From positions 32,001-96,000 of the forward strand of contig JBIJDH010000013.1 of assembly GCA_044344255.1 (NCBI GenBank): a stretch of DNA of 64,000 nt, written 5' to 3'. Under the pieces are notes generated by a model, which did not search any database, was not told the DNA's origin, and saw only the letters and a program-made list of their open reading frames with translations. Source of the DNA: Myxococcota bacterium (lineage in GTDB: Bacteria; Myxococcota_A; UBA796; UBA2385). Every line of letters begins with the position of its first letter. Positions within the stretch are counted from its first letter, which is position 1. Positions 1 to 9,734 of the stretch are shown piece after piece. A program made the translations under genes and the position numbers.

Positions 1-1
1 C

Positions 2-619
2 GAGCGGACGATGCTCACCGACCTCGGCGCCGCGGTGGCGATGGACGGGCTCGGCAACTTCGCGGATGTGCTGCAGCACGCCGATCTTTTCCACTCCGAG
101 GGCTACCAGCTGCTCGGGCCGGACACCACCGAGCGGCTCCGGGAGGCCATCGCGGTGGCCAACCAGATGGAGATCCCGGTCTCCATCGACGCCTCGGACC
201 CCTTCGTCATCGCCTCGGCCCGCGACACCTTCTGGGAGCTCCTCGAAGAATTCGTCGACATCGTCTTCCTCAACGCCGAAGAGGCGGAGCTGCTCTGCGG
301 CTGCCCGCCCGAGACCGCGCTCACGCGGGTCGGCGAGGTGGTGGAGACCGTAGTGGTCAAGCTCGGCGCCCAGGGCTCGCTCGTCTCCCACAAGGGCGTG
401 GTCTGTCGCGTGCCTGCGCGCCCCGTCCAGGCCATCGACACCACCGGGGCCGGTGACGCCTACGCGGGCGGCTTCCTCTACGGCTACGTCAACGGCTGGG
501 AGCCGGCCCGCAGCGCTGATCTCGGCGCCCGGGTCGCCGCGTTGACCGTGTCGCAGATGGGCGCCGTGGTCCGCAACCGCACCTTGCTCGGCCAGACCAT
601 CGCCGCCGCCCGCCTCTGA
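2..619 (+). CDS. PfkB/ribokinase-family carbohydrate or nucleoside kinase (5'-truncated by window edge)
   Basis: Motifs FLNAEEA, VVVKLGAQGS and DTTGAGDAYAGGF (PfkB signature 2); frame open to the window start. Confidence 0.9.
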   Translation, partial: ERTMLTDLGAAVAMDGLGNFADVLQHADLFHSEGYQLLGPDTTERLREAIAVANQMEIPVSIDASDPFVIASARDTFWELLEEFVDIVFLNAEEAELLCGCPPETALTRVGEVVETVVVKLGAQGSLVSHKGVVCRVPARPVQAIDTTGAGDAYAGGFLYGYVNGWEPARSADLGARVAALTVSQMGAVVRNRTLLGQTIAAARL

Positions 620-674
620 ATCCGCCCCACGCACGGCGCGGGCCCCGCCCCGACGCCTGGAGGAAGGCTCTCCG

Positions 675-1487
675 ATGAACCTGCCCGTCGAGGTTATCGA
701 GGCCATCGCCGAGGGGCGCTGCATCCTCTTCGTGGGGAGCCGTTTTTCGAGTGAGGCCGCCGAGGAGCAGGGCCTGCCCTACCCCGACGACGCCGCCCTG
801 GCCGCCGAGCTCGGCTGGCGGCGCCCGCGGCAGATGATGGGGGTGATGAAGACCCCGGGCACCGGAAAGGGCCCCGCCGTGCCCTCGGTGGCAGAGGGCT
901 GCCAGCTCTACGAGGCCGCCGCCGGCCGGCCCGCGCTGCTCCGCCTGCTCGGAGAGCGCATCGGCGGTGTCGGGCTCCTCCCCACTCCAGCGCACCGGGA
1001 CGCCCTCCGCCGCTTCCCGCTGATCTTCACCACCAACCTCGATGGCCTCCTCGAGTCGGCCGCGCCGACCGTCGTGCGACGCCGAGGCGACCCCGTCCCC
1101 GACGCCCGCCCGCCGCTCGGCGGCACCCCGCTCGTCTACAAGCTGCGCGGAGACCTCGAGCATCCGACCGGCCTCGTGCTCAGCCGGGCCGACTGGCAGC
1201 GCCTGGCCCACCACCCCGACGACGCCCGCCGCATGCGCAGCCTGCTCCGCAGCTCCGTGGTCTTCTTCGTCGGCTACCGCCTCGACGATGAGGAATTCGA
1301 CCTCCTCTGGTCCGATCTCACGGCCTGCTTCGGCGGAGAGCTGCCGCGCTGCCACCTCGCGGTGTCTCAGGGGCGGATCGACGACTACCTGTGGCAGAAG
1401 TGGGTCTGGCGAGGCCTCCTGTTGTTCACCGCGGACCCCTCCGAGGTCATGGCGGAGCTCCGCCGAAGGGACAGCGCCGATGTCTGA
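675..1487 (+). CDS. Stand-alone SIR2-like (SIR2_2) domain protein, probably catalytically degenerate
   Basis: ILFVGSRFS, IFTTNLDGLLE, YKLRGD and VFFVGYRLDD align with the SIR2_2 motifs GAGxS, TTNYD, KLHG and GYS. Confidence 0.75.
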   Translation: MNLPVEVIEAIAEGRCILFVGSRFSSEAAEEQGLPYPDDAALAAELGWRRPRQMMGVMKTPGTGKGPAVPSVAEGCQLYEAAAGRPALLRLLGERIGGVGLLPTPAHRDALRRFPLIFTTNLDGLLESAAPTVVRRRGDPVPDARPPLGGTPLVYKLRGDLEHPTGLVLSRADWQRLAHHPDDARRMRSLLRSSVVFFVGYRLDDEEFDLLWSDLTACFGGELPRCHLAVSQGRIDDYLWQKWVWRGLLLFTADPSEVMAELRRRDSADV

Positions 1488-2316
1488 GACCGCCACCGAG
1501 CCTCGCCGCCTCCTCCGCTACCAGGACGCCCGCGGGGCCCCCCGCCTCGGCGAGCTCCGGGGCGAGCAGGTCCAGCCCCTCGAGGGGGACCTCTTCGGCG
1601 AGCTGCGGCCAATCGGCGCTCCCATCGCCCTCTCTGGCCTCCGCCTGCTGGCCCCCGTCCTGCCGGGCAAGGTCGTCGGGGTGGCCTCGAACTACCGCAA
1701 GCACGCCCTGGAGATGGGCAAGCCGGTGCCCGCGGTGCCGAAGATCTTCCTCAAGCCCTCCACCTCGGTGGTGGGCCCCGGGGCGCGGATCGAGCTGCCT
1801 CCCGGCACCTCCCGCGTCGATCACGAGGCCGAGCTCGGCGTGGTCATCGGCCGCACGATGCGGCGGGTGCCCGCGAGCGAGGCCCTCCGCTACGTGCTCG
1901 GCTACACCTGCTGCAACGACCTCACCGCGCGTGACCTCCAGAAGGAGGACGGCGTCTTCGCGCGGGCCAAGGGCTTCGACACCTTTTGTCCGATCGGCCC
2001 GGTCATCACGGTGGGCCTCGATCCGCGCGACCTCGCCGTGCGGGCCTGGGTCAACGGGGGGCTTCGACAGGATGACCGCACCGCCGACATGGTCTTTGAT
2101 GTGCCCACTCTGCTGGCCTTCATCTCCAACGTGATGACCCTCCTCCCCGGCGACATCATCGCCACCGGCACCCCCTCCGGCGTGGGGCCGCTGGTGCACG
2201 GTGACACCGTGGTCATCGAGGTCGAGGGCGTCGGTCGGCTCGAGAACCCCGTGGTCGACCGAGACGACCGCGCGGCCGAGGCCCGGTCGAGCGAGCCCAG
2301 GAGCGGCGGTGCCTGA
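1480..2316 (+). CDS. Fumarylacetoacetate hydrolase family protein
   Basis: NYRKHALEM, IFLKPSTS, VDHEAELGVVIG, NDLTARD, AKGFDTFCPIGP, TGTPSGVG; start moved to ATG 1480, overlapping the upstream stop. Confidence 0.93.
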   Translation: MSETATEPRRLLRYQDARGAPRLGELRGEQVQPLEGDLFGELRPIGAPIALSGLRLLAPVLPGKVVGVASNYRKHALEMGKPVPAVPKIFLKPSTSVVGPGARIELPPGTSRVDHEAELGVVIGRTMRRVPASEALRYVLGYTCCNDLTARDLQKEDGVFARAKGFDTFCPIGPVITVGLDPRDLAVRAWVNGGLRQDDRTADMVFDVPTLLAFISNVMTLLPGDIIATGTPSGVGPLVHGDTVVIEVEGVGRLENPVVDRDDRAAEARSSEPRSGGA

Positions 2317-3388
2317 GATCGGCTGGAACGCGCTGATCTTCGGCTCCCTCGCCATCCTGACCGGCCTGCTCGGGTCCAGCGGGCGGCTGCGGGGGCGTTG
2401 GGCGGCGCTGCCCTTCCTCGCCGCGCTGGCCATCGCCGGGTACCGGCGTGTGCTGCTGCCCGCCGATCTCCCCGTCCTCCCCGCGCTGGCGGGCCACGGG
2501 CTGGACAGCCTCGCCCTCGTCGGCTGGCTGGCCTACTCCGCCCTCGGGGTCCGCCTCGCCCTGCCCGGGCCGACCTGGCTGGTCGCCTTCCTGAGCGGCG
2601 GCCTGCAAGGCGGCCTCGGCGCCGCCACGGTCCTCCGCGAAGAGGCGGTTGATCGGCCCGCGGCCGCCCGCCTCATCCTCGCCGCTGGAGCGGGCGCCCT
2701 GCTCGGCCGCGTCGGCAACCCCGCGCTGCTGCTGCTGGGGGATCGGGATCCCCGCCTCGCGATCTTGCTGCTCCCCCTGTCCTTGGCCCTGCTGCTCGCG
2801 GCGGGGGTCCGCGCCGGAGACCGCCGCGGCGCGCCGGGCTCGCGGGCCGCCACCGGCATCGCCCTGGCGACCACCGCCCTCGCCTTGGCGCCCGGGGTGG
2901 GGATCTTCGCACCCTGGCTCGGCGCATTCGGCCTCGCGCTCCTCCGCTGGACGCGGCGTGGCGCTCCGCCCGAGGCGGCGCTTTCCCCCGCGGTGGCCGC
3001 ATCGACCTTCGGCTGGGGCCTCGGCGCCCTCGGCGTGGCCCTCGTGGCCACCATCGCCGGCTTCCCCGGACTCGCGGCCGCCGGGATGATCAACCTCTTC
3101 GACGCTTGGGACCAAGGCCTCTTGCCCCGCCTCGCGGTCGGCGGCGGGGTGGTCGGGCTGCTCTTCGGGGCGCCGGGCGGCGCGCTGCTCTCCGCCGCGC
3201 TGGTCGACCGGTCCTTGGAGATCGACGTCCTGCCCGCGGCGGTGGCCCTCGGGGCCGGCCTCGGCGTGGGCTCGGTCGCCGAGCTGCTCGCCGCCCGCTG
3301 CCTCCGCCCCGCCCTGCCGCGCCTGCTCTGGAAGGCGGCGATCTTCGCGGCCTGGGCGATCTGGGCGTTGCCCCGGATAGCCGCATAG
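2309..3388 (+). CDS. Polytopic membrane protein, possibly a degenerate ion-transporter (ArsB/NhaD/CitMHS-like) family member
   Basis: Many hydrophobic Gly/Ala/Leu helices and a VGNP motif; GTG start overlaps the FAH stop. Confidence 0.5.
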   Translation: MPEIGWNALIFGSLAILTGLLGSSGRLRGRWAALPFLAALAIAGYRRVLLPADLPVLPALAGHGLDSLALVGWLAYSALGVRLALPGPTWLVAFLSGGLQGGLGAATVLREEAVDRPAAARLILAAGAGALLGRVGNPALLLLGDRDPRLAILLLPLSLALLLAAGVRAGDRRGAPGSRAATGIALATTALALAPGVGIFAPWLGAFGLALLRWTRRGAPPEAALSPAVAASTFGWGLGALGVALVATIAGFPGLAAAGMINLFDAWDQGLLPRLAVGGGVVGLLFGAPGGALLSAALVDRSLEIDVLPAAVALGAGLGVGSVAELLAARCLRPALPRLLWKAAIFAAWAIWALPRIAA

Positions 3389-3413
3389 GCCTCGGCACCC
3401 TGGAGGTCCCCCG

Positions 3414-5153
3414 ATGCCCGCTCTCCCACCCGTGCACCCGCCCGCGCGCCGCCGGCCTCGCCCGGCCCGCCTCGGCCTCAGCTCTCTCCCCTTCGGTCTG
3501 CTCCCCCTCGGCCTGCTCGCCATCGGCCTGGTGGCCGCCGCGCCCCCCTCGGAGCGAGCCCGGGGCGGCATGGTGGCCGCCGATGAGCGCCAGTGCAGCG
3601 CGGCCGGCGCCGAGCTGCTGTCCGCAGGCGGGAACGCGGTGGACGCCGCTATCGCCGCCGCCCTGGCCTGCGGCGTCACCCAGCCCTCGAGCAGCGGCCT
3701 CGGCGGCGGGGGCTTCGCCGTGGTGCTCCCCAGCGCAGGTGATCCCCTCGTGCTCGACTTTCGCGAGGTGGCGCCCGCCGCGGCCACCCGCGACATGTTC
3801 CTCCGCGCCGAAGATCCGAAGGCCAGCACCCGGGGAGGCCTCGCCGTCGCCGTGCCGTCCGAGGGGATCGGGCTCGCCACCCTCCACCGGCGCGCCGGCA
3901 AGCTGCCCCTCACCCGGGTGGCCGCGCCGGCCATCCGCCTCGCCCGAGAGGGCTTCTCGGTGGGCTGGCACCTCGCCCGCTCCCTCACCACCCTGAGCGC
4001 CAGCGAGGCCGAGGGGCCCTCGCTGCTCCGCGCCTTGCTCGGCGTCCCCGCGGTGCGCCAGGGTGACCTCGTGCGCCGCCCCGCCCTCGCCCGCAGCCTC
4101 GAGCGCTTCGCCCGCACCGGCGGGGAGGACAACCGCACGGGGGAGACCGCGAAGGCCCTGGTCGCCGCCGACCGCGCCGCCGGCGGGATCCTCACCGAGG
4201 CTGACCTCGCCGCGTACACGCCGAAGGAGCGCCCCCCGCTGGTCGGCCGCTACCGCGGGTGGACGGTCGTGAGCATGCCGCCGCCCTCCTCCGGAGGCGC
4301 CGTGCTGCTGCAGATCCTCGCCGTGCTGGAGGGCTACGACCTGCGGGCGATGGGGGCGGGCAGCAGCGAGCTCCTCCACCTCCAGGCCGAGGCGATGAAG
4401 CACGCCTACGCGGATCGGGCCCGCCTGATGGGAGATCCCGACCGCGTGGCGGTGCCCGTCTCCGAGCTCCTCTCGCCGGCGCGGATCCTCGCGGTGCAGC
4501 GAGCGATCATCCCCGGTCGGACCTTCCCGCCGGAGCGCTACGGCTCCGGTGTCGCCCTGCCCGACGACCACGGCACCCAGCACATCAGCGTCATCGACGG
4601 GGAGGGGCTGGCCGTCGCGCTCACCACCACGGTGAACACGAGCTTCGGGAGCAAGGTCATCGACGAGAAGTCGGGGATCGTGCTCAACAACGAGATGGAC
4701 GACTTCGTCGCGCGCCCCGGGGTGCCTAACGCCTTCGGCCTCGTGGGTTCGGAGGCGAACTCGGTCGCCGCTGGCGCCCGCCCCCTCTCGAGCATGAGCC
4801 CCACCGTCCTCGTCTCTCCCGATGGGCAGCGACGGATCGCCGTCGGGGCCAGCGGCGGGCCCTTCATCATCAGCTCCACGCTCCAGGCCATCGTCCACGT
4901 CATCGACTTCGGGATGGACCCCTCCGCCGCGGTCTCCGCCCCCCGCATCCACCATCAGTGGACCCCCGACACGCTGACAGTAGACACGGGCTTCTCCGCC
5001 GACACACTGCAGAACCTCCGCGCCCGCGGGCACAAGATCCAGGAGATGCCCTTCTTCTCCGCGGTCGAGCTCGTCTCCTGGACGAAGGGGGAGGGGACGG
5101 AGGGCGCCAGCGACCCCCGCAAGGGAGGCTGGCCCGCCGGCTCCCTCCGCTGA
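3414..5153 (+). CDS. ggt: Gamma-glutamyltransferase (exported)
   Basis: GGNAVDAAIA, SSGLGGGGF, DFREVAP, catalytic Thr region GTQHISVID, NNEMDDF, PLSSMSPT; N-terminal signal-like segment; start uncertain. Confidence 0.95.
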   Translation: MPALPPVHPPARRRPRPARLGLSSLPFGLLPLGLLAIGLVAAAPPSERARGGMVAADERQCSAAGAELLSAGGNAVDAAIAAALACGVTQPSSSGLGGGGFAVVLPSAGDPLVLDFREVAPAAATRDMFLRAEDPKASTRGGLAVAVPSEGIGLATLHRRAGKLPLTRVAAPAIRLAREGFSVGWHLARSLTTLSASEAEGPSLLRALLGVPAVRQGDLVRRPALARSLERFARTGGEDNRTGETAKALVAADRAAGGILTEADLAAYTPKERPPLVGRYRGWTVVSMPPPSSGGAVLLQILAVLEGYDLRAMGAGSSELLHLQAEAMKHAYADRARLMGDPDRVAVPVSELLSPARILAVQRAIIPGRTFPPERYGSGVALPDDHGTQHISVIDGEGLAVALTTTVNTSFGSKVIDEKSGIVLNNEMDDFVARPGVPNAFGLVGSEANSVAAGARPLSSMSPTVLVSPDGQRRIAVGASGGPFIISSTLQAIVHVIDFGMDPSAAVSAPRIHHQWTPDTLTVDTGFSADTLQNLRARGHKIQEMPFFSAVELVSWTKGEGTEGASDPRKGGWPAGSLR

Positions 5154-5248
5154 GCGCCGCGGACGCGCCTTGGCCCGGCGAGGGGCCGCGGGGTATCGTG
5201 GAGCCCCCTGGCCGCTCCCCGAGGAGCGGGCCCAGGACCGGGAGCCCG

Positions 5249-6595
5249 ATGTTCCGACGCATCCTCGTGGCCAACCGCGGTGAGGTCGCCGCCCGCGTGA
5301 TCCGGACCTGCCGCCGCCTCGGCGTCCAGACGGTCGCGGTGGCGAGCGAGGTCGACCTCGACCTCTCCTACCTGCGCCTCGCCGACACCGTCGTGCCCAT
5401 CGGCGGCAACAAGGCCTACCTCGACCAGGACGCGCTCCTCGCCGCCGCCCGCGCCGAGCGCTGCTCCGCCTTACACCCCGGCTGGGGCTTCCTCTCCGAG
5501 AACGCCACCTTCGCGGCCCGCTGCGAGTCTGCCGGGGTCACGTTCATCGGGCCGAGCCCCCGCTCGATGCGGCTGATGGGCGACAAGGCCGAGGCCCGGG
5601 CCACCATGACCCGCGCCGGCCTGCCGCCGATCCCCGGCACCGACGGCGTCCTGCCTGACCTCGACGCCGCGACCCTCGCCGCCGCCCAGATCGGCTACCC
5701 CGTGCTCTTGAAGGCCCTGGCCGGCGGCGGCGGGCGGGGGATGCGCAAGGCCTTCCGCCCCGACCAGCTCGCCGCGGCCTGGGCCGAGGCCACCGCCGAG
5801 GCGTCGGGGGCCTTCGGCGACGGTCGGCTCTACATGGAGCGCCTCATTGAGGCCGGCCGCCACATCGAGCTGCAGGTCTTCGGCGATGGCCAGCGCACCT
5901 GGGTCCTCGGCGAGCGGGAGTGCTCCGTCCAGCGCCGCCACCAGAAGCTGATCGAGGAGAGCCCCGCCCCCGGCCTCTCACGATCTCGGGTGGAGGCCAC
6001 CGCCGCGCGGGTCATCGCGGCCACGCAGGCCCTCGGCTACCGCGGCGCCGGCACCATCGAGATGCTGCTCGACGAGCAGGAGAACCTCTGGTTCATGGAG
6101 ATGAACACTCGCCTGCAGGTGGAGCACACCGTCACCGAGATGGTGACCGGCCTCGACCTCGTCGAGCTCCAGCTCCAGGTGGCAGCCAACGTGCCCTTGC
6201 GCCTCGACGCCCCGGGGTCGAGCTTCCAGCCCCGCGGCCACGCCATCGAGTGCCGTATCAACGCCGAGGACCCTCGGGCCGGCTTCAAGCCGGCGCCGGG
6301 GCGGGTGAGCGTCTATCGGCCGCCAGCAGGGGAGGGGATCCGCGTAGACAGTCACCTCTCGGAGGGTGACCGCATCTCTCCGCACTACGACTCCATGATC
6401 GCCAAGGTCATCACCTGGGGCGCGGACCGCCCGGCCGCCCTCCAGCGGATGCGGGAGGCGCTCCAGGCCTTCGTCATCGAGGGGGTGCCCACCACCACGG
6501 CCCTCCATCTCGCCGTCCTCGACCACCCGGAATTCATCGCGGGGGCCTACGACACCCGCTTCCTCGAGCGCGCGCTCGGAGGTCTGCTGCCATGA
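5249..6595 (+). CDS. Biotin carboxylase subunit of an acyl-CoA carboxylase (no fused biotinyl domain)
   Basis: [55 protein letters not shown]. Confidence 0.95.
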   Translation: MFRRILVANRGEVAARVIRTCRRLGVQTVAVASEVDLDLSYLRLADTVVPIGGNKAYLDQDALLAAARAERCSALHPGWGFLSENATFAARCESAGVTFIGPSPRSMRLMGDKAEARATMTRAGLPPIPGTDGVLPDLDAATLAAAQIGYPVLLKALAGGGGRGMRKAFRPDQLAAAWAEATAEASGAFGDGRLYMERLIEAGRHIELQVFGDGQRTWVLGERECSVQRRHQKLIEESPAPGLSRSRVEATAARVIAATQALGYRGAGTIEMLLDEQENLWFMEMNTRLQVEHTVTEMVTGLDLVELQLQVAANVPLRLDAPGSSFQPRGHAIECRINAEDPRAGFKPAPGRVSVYRPPAGEGIRVDSHLSEGDRISPHYDSMIAKVITWGADRPAALQRMREALQAFVIEGVPTTTALHLAVLDHPEFIAGAYDTRFLERALGGLLP

Positions 6596-8616
6596 GGCTC
6601 CCCCTCGAACTCATCGGCGGTCCCCTCCCGCTCACCCGAGCGGAGCAGGCCGACAACGGCGCCCACAGCGGTCGCCTCCAAGCCGCCCTCGACGAGAAGC
6701 GCGCCCTCGTCGAGGCGGGCTGGGGGGCAGAGAAGATCCACAAGAAGGGCAAGCGCACCACCTGGGAGCGCATCCACCGCCTCGTCGATCCCGGGAGCCC
6801 CGTCCGCTCTGTCGGCACCCTCGTCAACTGGGGCCGCGACTTCGCCGGCTCCCAGAAGCAGGCCCCTGGGGCGGGGGTGGTCACGGCCTTCGGGAGGGTC
6901 CACGGGCGGTGGGTGATGATCATCGCCAACGACAACACCGTCGCCAGCGGGGCCTGGTGGCCGCTCACCCCGGAGAAGATCCAGCGGGCCCAGGAGATGG
7001 CGCTGCGGCTGCGGCTGCCGGTGGTCTACCTCGTCGACTGCTCCGGCCTCTTCCTCCCCGAGCAGGCGCGCTCCTTCCCGGGGCGGACGGGCGCCGGCCA
7101 CATCTTTAAGAAGAACGCCCAGCTCTCGGCGGCGGGCGTACCGCAGGTGGCTGGGGTCTTCGGCGACTGCATCGCGGGCGGCGGCTACATGCCGCTGATC
7201 AGCGACCGGGTCTACATGACCGAGGCCGCCTACATGGTCATCGCAGGGGCGGCCCTGATCAAGGGGGCGAAGTCGCTCCACCTGACCAGCCTCGACATCG
7301 GCGGGCCCGAGGTGCACGTCCACCAGAGCGGCTGCGCCGACGTGCGGGTTCCCGACGACGACACCTGCGTCGAGCACCTCCGGGCCGAGATCGGTCGCCT
7401 CCCCGGGAGCGCGGCCGACTACTACCGTTACGGCGTCGAGGCCGAGCCGCCCCTCTTCGCCCCGGGCGAGCTCAGCCGCCTCTTCCCCGCCGATCACCGC
7501 CACGTCTACGACGTGCGACAGGTCATCGCGCGCCTCGTCGACGGCTCGCTCTTCCACGAGGTGCTGCCTGGAGTCGGCCCCGAGGTGGTCACCGGCGTCG
7601 GCCGCGTGAACGGGCTCTGGATGGGCTTCGCCGCCAACGTGATGGAGCCCCAGCCCCACCCCGAGGGGAAGGGTCACCGGCCGGGCGGCATCCTCTACCG
7701 GGAGGGCATCGCCCGCCTCGCCGCCTTCTCCCGCGCCTGCAACGATGACGGCATCCCGCTCATCTGGCTCCAGGACATCGCGGGCTTCGACATCGGCGTC
7801 GAGGCCGAGGCGCTCGGCCTCCTGGGCTACGGCTCGAGCCTCATCTACGCGAACTCCACGAACTCGGTGCCGATGTTTACGGTGCTGCTGCGGAAGGCCT
7901 CGGGCGCGGGCTACTACGCGATGGCCGGCCACCCCTACGAGCCCGTGGTGCAGCTCTCCACCCCGCTCTCCCGGCAGTCGGTGATGGAGGGGCGCACGCT
8001 GGCGATCGCCACCTTCAACACCAAGCTCGACGACAATTTCAACATCCCCGCCGCCTGGCCCGAGGCCGACCGCCAGAAGCTCGCCGCCGATATGGACCGC
8101 ACCGCGGCCCGCATCGAGGCGGACATGGACCCCATCACCGCCGCCGCGCGGATGGACACCGACGAGGTGGTGGGCCTGCACGAGCTCCGCGGCTGGATGG
8201 AGACCTTCGCCGAGGCGGCCTGGCAGGGCATCGGCCATCGCCGGGTGAAGAACCCCCGCATCTGGAGCCTGCACGATCTCGCGGCGCTCACGCGCGGCAG
8301 GGTCCAGGCCTCGGCCGCCTCTGGCTCCGCCCCCGCGACGGCGGCCGGAGCCACGCCAGCGGAGGCGATCGAGCCCGGCGCGGTGCCGATCCTCGCCACG
8401 ATGGAGGGGAGCTGGTGGAGCCGGCCGAGCCCCCGTGATCCCGCCTTCGCCCCGGTGGGCGAGCGCGTCGATGAGGGCGCCACCGTCGCCCTCATCGAGG
8501 TCATGAAGACCTACAGCCCCATCCGCGCGCCGAAGGCAGGCACCCTGATCAGCTGGGTGGTGAGCGAGGGGCAGGGCATCCACCCGGGGCAGCTCCTCGG
8601 CTGGCTGCGGCCATGA
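6592..8616 (+). CDS. Acyl-CoA carboxylase carboxyltransferase (MCC/GCC beta-like) fused to a C-terminal biotinyl domain
   Basis: [34 protein letters not shown], and C-terminal IEVMKTY biotin-acceptor motif. Confidence 0.9.
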   Translation: MRLPLELIGGPLPLTRAEQADNGAHSGRLQAALDEKRALVEAGWGAEKIHKKGKRTTWERIHRLVDPGSPVRSVGTLVNWGRDFAGSQKQAPGAGVVTAFGRVHGRWVMIIANDNTVASGAWWPLTPEKIQRAQEMALRLRLPVVYLVDCSGLFLPEQARSFPGRTGAGHIFKKNAQLSAAGVPQVAGVFGDCIAGGGYMPLISDRVYMTEAAYMVIAGAALIKGAKSLHLTSLDIGGPEVHVHQSGCADVRVPDDDTCVEHLRAEIGRLPGSAADYYRYGVEAEPPLFAPGELSRLFPADHRHVYDVRQVIARLVDGSLFHEVLPGVGPEVVTGVGRVNGLWMGFAANVMEPQPHPEGKGHRPGGILYREGIARLAAFSRACNDDGIPLIWLQDIAGFDIGVEAEALGLLGYGSSLIYANSTNSVPMFTVLLRKASGAGYYAMAGHPYEPVVQLSTPLSRQSVMEGRTLAIATFNTKLDDNFNIPAAWPEADRQKLAADMDRTAARIEADMDPITAAARMDTDEVVGLHELRGWMETFAEAAWQGIGHRRVKNPRIWSLHDLAALTRGRVQASAASGSAPATAAGATPAEAIEPGAVPILATMEGSWWSRPSPRDPAFAPVGERVDEGATVALIEVMKTYSPIRAPKAGTLISWVVSEGQGIHPGQLLGWLRP

Positions 8617-8666
8617 GGAACCGTGGTAGGCTACGCAGGCTGGACGAAGGCAGGGAAGAGCACAAC

Positions 8667-9734
8667 ATGACCCATCTCCCGACGCAGGTCTCCTCCCGTT
8701 CGGCCACCGTAAGCTTCGCGGCGACGGGCGGGGCTGCCCTCTTGCGGGCCGGGCTGCTCGGCCTCGCCCTGATCATCGCGGCGCCCCCCGAGGCCCACGC
8801 CCAGGCCGCGTGCACCACGAACTACACGAAGACGCAGCTCTCCGAGGACATCGGCCAGATGACCTCGTCGCTGCGCTCCCTCGATGAGCGCGCCTTCAAG
8901 CTGACCGGGCAGCGCATCGAGGCCAACCTCGCTTGCTTGCGCACCCCCGTCCCGCCGCTCGTCTTCGCGTACGCCTACCGCTACATCGGCGCCTACCACT
9001 TCCTCGCCGGGGACATCGATCTGGCGCGCCGCTGGTTCCGCTCCGGCATCGAGCTCGACCCCGCCTTCGACTGGGACGTGAGCGAGCTCGACGTCGGCCA
9101 CCCGCTGCGGCGAGCCTTCGACGAAGAGCGGAACGCAGGCGGCGCCAAGTCGGAGCTCGTGGCGGGCAAGATGCTCAACGTCGCCGCAGGCTCCAGCTTG
9201 AGCCTCGACGGGCGACCGCTGAAGAAGCCCTCGGCCACACCCGGTCGGCCGCACCTCGTGCAGGTCGTCGGGGACGACGACCAGTCCGTTCGGAAGACCT
9301 ACCTGATCGACGGCAACAACTTCCCCGCCGAGCTCCTCCAGGACGAGTCCATGGCGGCGGCGGTGCCGTCCGAAGAGAAGGGGAAGGGGAAGGGCAAGCC
9401 GAAGGGCGGCGGCACCAGCGTCACCAGCGCCAACCCGAACGACGCCTACGCGGTGCAGCAGGTGCAGCGGGTGCGCCCCAAGGCCAAGACCCCGATGCTC
9501 ATCTCCGGCGGGGTGGTCGCGCTCGGCGCCGGCGCCCTCTACGGGGTCACCTTCCTCACCCATCAGAAGTTCGAGGACGCCACCACCTCCGAGGACATGG
9601 AGCGCTACCGCAGCCTCACCAACACCCTGGTGATCGGCTCGGGGGCCACCCTCGCGGTGGGCCTCGGCGTGGAGTACGCCGGCATCATGCTCGGGGCTGG
9701 AGGGACGGGGTTCCGCCTTGGCGGCCACTTCTGA
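8667..9734 (+). CDS. Exported hypothetical protein: TPR-like helices, PEGA-like segment, C-terminal hydrophobic hairpin
   Basis: Signal peptide ending AHAQA, TPR-like AYRYIGAYHF...ARRWFRSGIELDP, LSLDGRP, two C-terminal hydrophobic helices. Confidence 0.6.
   Translation: MTHLPTQVSSRSATVSFAATGGAALLRAGLLGLALIIAAPPEAHAQAACTTNYTKTQLSEDIGQMTSSLRSLDERAFKLTGQRIEANLACLRTPVPPLVFAYAYRYIGAYHFLAGDIDLARRWFRSGIELDPAFDWDVSELDVGHPLRRAFDEERNAGGAKSELVAGKMLNVAAGSSLSLDGRPLKKPSATPGRPHLVQVVGDDDQSVRKTYLIDGNNFPAELLQDESMAAAVPSEEKGKGKGKPKGGGTSVTSANPNDAYAVQQVQRVRPKAKTPMLISGGVVALGAGALYGVTFLTHQKFEDATTSEDMERYRSLTNTLVIGSGATLAVGLGVEYAGIMLGAGGTGFRLGGHF

Noticed and set aside
675..1487. Thoeris/DSR/Sir2-HerA antiphage system
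   Set aside because: No partner genes, catalytic His replaced, and host-like operon context
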